Origin: Curvularia clavata
Taxonomy: Eukaryota
Length of the DNA: 64,000 nt
Direction: 5' to 3'
Assembly (NCBI GenBank): GCA_023920165.1
Contig: CP089275.1
Location: forward strand, 558,001 to 622,000
In this document: positions 62,107-64,000 of the stretch, in pieces
Numbering within the stretch: position 1 is the stretch's first letter
Layout of the letters: every line of letters begins with the position of its first letter
Position numbers and translations under genes: made by a program
The notes under the pieces: model-generated
Told to the model about the DNA's origin: nothing
What the model saw: the letters and a program-made list of their open reading frames with translations, nothing else
Database searches by the model: none

Positions 62107-63543
62107 TCACTCTTCATCGTCGTCATCCTCGGACATCTCATCCTCATCCTGGTACTCATCCCCTGAATTCATATCCTCGTCATCTTCACCACTACCGATG
62201 CTTGCAGGAGCTTGCGGATACTGCACAAAGACCTGCTCGATCAACTCAGCCCAGAACTTGAGCATCCCTGTTCCCGTATGTTCTTTCTGCTTCAATGGCA
62301 CGCCATGCTCGTCTTCCCTGAAATTCACATAGTGATGGTCCTGCTGTAGCATGCCGACTTTGAGGTGACTGGGGTTAAGTTGCGGAATGTTGGAAAGCTT
62401 CTCGAACAAGTCTTTCCAGAGGTTTGTTTGTTTGGCAGTAGGAACCCATACCACGACGTCAGAGAGGAGGTTTATCCTCCAAAGACTGATGGCTTCCAAC
62501 GTCGGTGCAAACTTGGCGATGAGAGTAACAAGCTTAGGGGCATGGACATGCACCTGGCCTAGCTCTAATGTTTTGAGTAACGGTAGTGCGATTGGAGCAG
62601 GATTCATAAATGTGCTGTTTGTCCCCGGCGCGGGTGGAGGTCTGCCTAGCCAGTCTAGGAAGTGCTCGTTATTAGCGACTAGGTGCTTTTCGAAATTTAG
62701 CCGCAGATGCTTCAGGTTGGGTGTTTTTCTCAGGAAATGTCGAAGTAAACGGCCGGCATGGCAATCTGCCGAGGTTCCGTTGCTGTGGGTGTGCACGAGG
62801 CGCGTAGCCAGACTGACGGTCAACAACAGTGTGGCCATATTATGCAAGACTGGCTCAACCGTTGGAAGAAGAAATTCCGGAAGAATGAAAGCCGTATCGA
62901 GAAGGCCGTGCAGACGAAGCAGCACCTCAAACTCGGGAGCTTGTCGATTAGCCTTCCCCAAGGCATACAATACACTGGAGAAGATGCGGGACACGAAGCG
63001 TGTGCTGATGTCGGTCGAATACGATCCACGTTCAGCAAAGGTCATTCGGATTCCCGTTTCACGGTAAACTGTTGTTGCGCCCCAGGATGACCAACTCTTG
63101 CCATCACGGACGCGGTTGTTGGCATCGAAGTCGCGAATGCCCACAGTCTGGAGATTCTCCAACCGCGAGAATGCCTCAGTAAGCATCTCACGATCTAAGC
63201 CTGTGCATAACAATGCCTTTTGATCTTCGTGTCCCTGGATGTATCGAGCAGCCGCTTCTTCATCCCTGAAGCGCAGTGGTGTCTCTTCATACATGTTGGT
63301 AGCAATGATGACGTGTGTCAGCTTCTTGGAGAAAGCCGCATGCTTGGAAATATCGACCAGAGCCTGGAGACTCTTGTGTGTGAGCATGAATTGCTTTTTG
63401 CTAAAGAACTCCTGAGAGAACCATTCGTAAAGCGACTTCTCAGTTTGTTTGCAGACCAGACGAAGTGCACCAAGATCCTCGGTAGGCAGAAGGGCTGAGA
63501 TTGCGACGAGCAACTCGAGTGGAATAGTGAGAAGCGACGCCAT
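62107..63543 (-). CDS. F-box domain protein with leucine-rich-like repeats and an acidic tail
   Basis: N-terminal LLTIPLELLVAISALLPTEDLGALRLVCK. Repeats LENLQTVGI, TPNLKHLRL and LLKTLEL. Confidence 0.88.
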   Translation of the reverse strand: MASLLTIPLELLVAISALLPTEDLGALRLVCKQTEKSLYEWFSQEFFSKKQFMLTHKSLQALVDISKHAAFSKKLTHVIIATNMYEETPLRFRDEEAAARYIQGHEDQKALLCTGLDREMLTEAFSRLENLQTVGIRDFDANNRVRDGKSWSSWGATTVYRETGIRMTFAERGSYSTDISTRFVSRIFSSVLYALGKANRQAPEFEVLLRLHGLLDTAFILPEFLLPTVEPVLHNMATLLLTVSLATRLVHTHSNGTSADCHAGRLLRHFLRKTPNLKHLRLNFEKHLVANNEHFLDWLGRPPPAPGTNSTFMNPAPIALPLLKTLELGQVHVHAPKLVTLIAKFAPTLEAISLWRINLLSDVVVWVPTAKQTNLWKDLFEKLSNIPQLNPSHLKVGMLQQDHHYVNFREDEHGVPLKQKEHTGTGMLKFWAELIEQVFVQYPQAPASIGSGEDDEDMNSGDEYQDEDEMSEDDDDEE

Positions 63544-63830
63544 TTTGGTAATGGGCTGGCAAAGACAAAGTTGGAGACTACAGCGACTATAGCTACTACG
63601 TGGCTACGATGGTCTTCTTATCATGTGGTAGCGCGTCGACGGCGTGCAGGCAGCCACAGGGAGCTAGTCCGCTTCAGGGCTGATGCCTAAGGGTGCTGCT
63701 TCCCACGACGCGCCACGGCCATGTTTGGGCGGGCGCCTGACTGACGTCGCGAGAATGCTCAAATACTCGCTCTGTCCGCTGCTTCAACTGCAATCTTCTG
63801 CACCCATCGCCTCATCCTCAAACTCTACCA

Positions 63831-64000
63831 ATGCCTCCTCGTAAAGCTGCACAAAAGGCCGCGCCCCCGGCGGCTCCACCCCTTACCGGGTGCTCCATCG
63901 CAACATCGGGTCGCTTCCCCGGAACATCACAATCCGCACTACAGTCGCGTCTCACGTCACTGGGTTCTAACGTAGCATCGTCCGTTACGGCAAACACGAC
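63831..64000 (+). CDS. 5' end of a BRCT-domain protein, probably fungal poly(ADP-ribose) polymerase (partial)
   Basis: Open to the window end: MPPRKAAQKAAPPAAPPLTGCSIATSGRFPGTSQSALQSRLTSLGSNVASSVTANT. This resembles the start of a BRCT fold. The ORF is not in the supplied track. Confidence 0.65.
   Translation, partial: MPPRKAAQKAAPPAAPPLTGCSIATSGRFPGTSQSALQSRLTSLGSNVASSVTANT

Overview
Gene-dense, intron-containing region of a filamentous ascomycete genome (short GT-AG introns with CTAAC-type branch points; a Dothideomycete/Pleosporales-like fungus is my inference). It holds about 26 protein-coding genes and one intron-containing tRNA-Arg(TCG). Conserved genes: GH2 beta-mannosidase, SCS7, an RBM39-like splicing factor, PUS7, AIM3-like, an ELO-family protein, APC10, a nitrilase, SBPase, an Xaa-Pro aminopeptidase, an F-box protein and the start of a probable PARP. 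There is also an accessory-looking HET/ankyrin/tRNA block. The most striking unexplained signal is three divergent minus-strand genes within 13 kb (41.0, 45.2 and 52.9 kb) sharing the motif PC-x5/6-H-x-L-x-C-[GS]-H-x9/14-C-x3-C, followed by F-x-C-x2-C. I cannot assign this to a named domain. Also notable: a ClrB/ManR-like regulator next to the beta-mannosidase, with CGG-N11-CCG sites upstream of both, and a dispersed non-coding motif (GTAGTTRYCACA) occurring in pairs at two loci 21 kb apart. No transposon ORFs, CRISPR arrays or rRNA were seen. All family assignments come from motif recognition; no database search was run.
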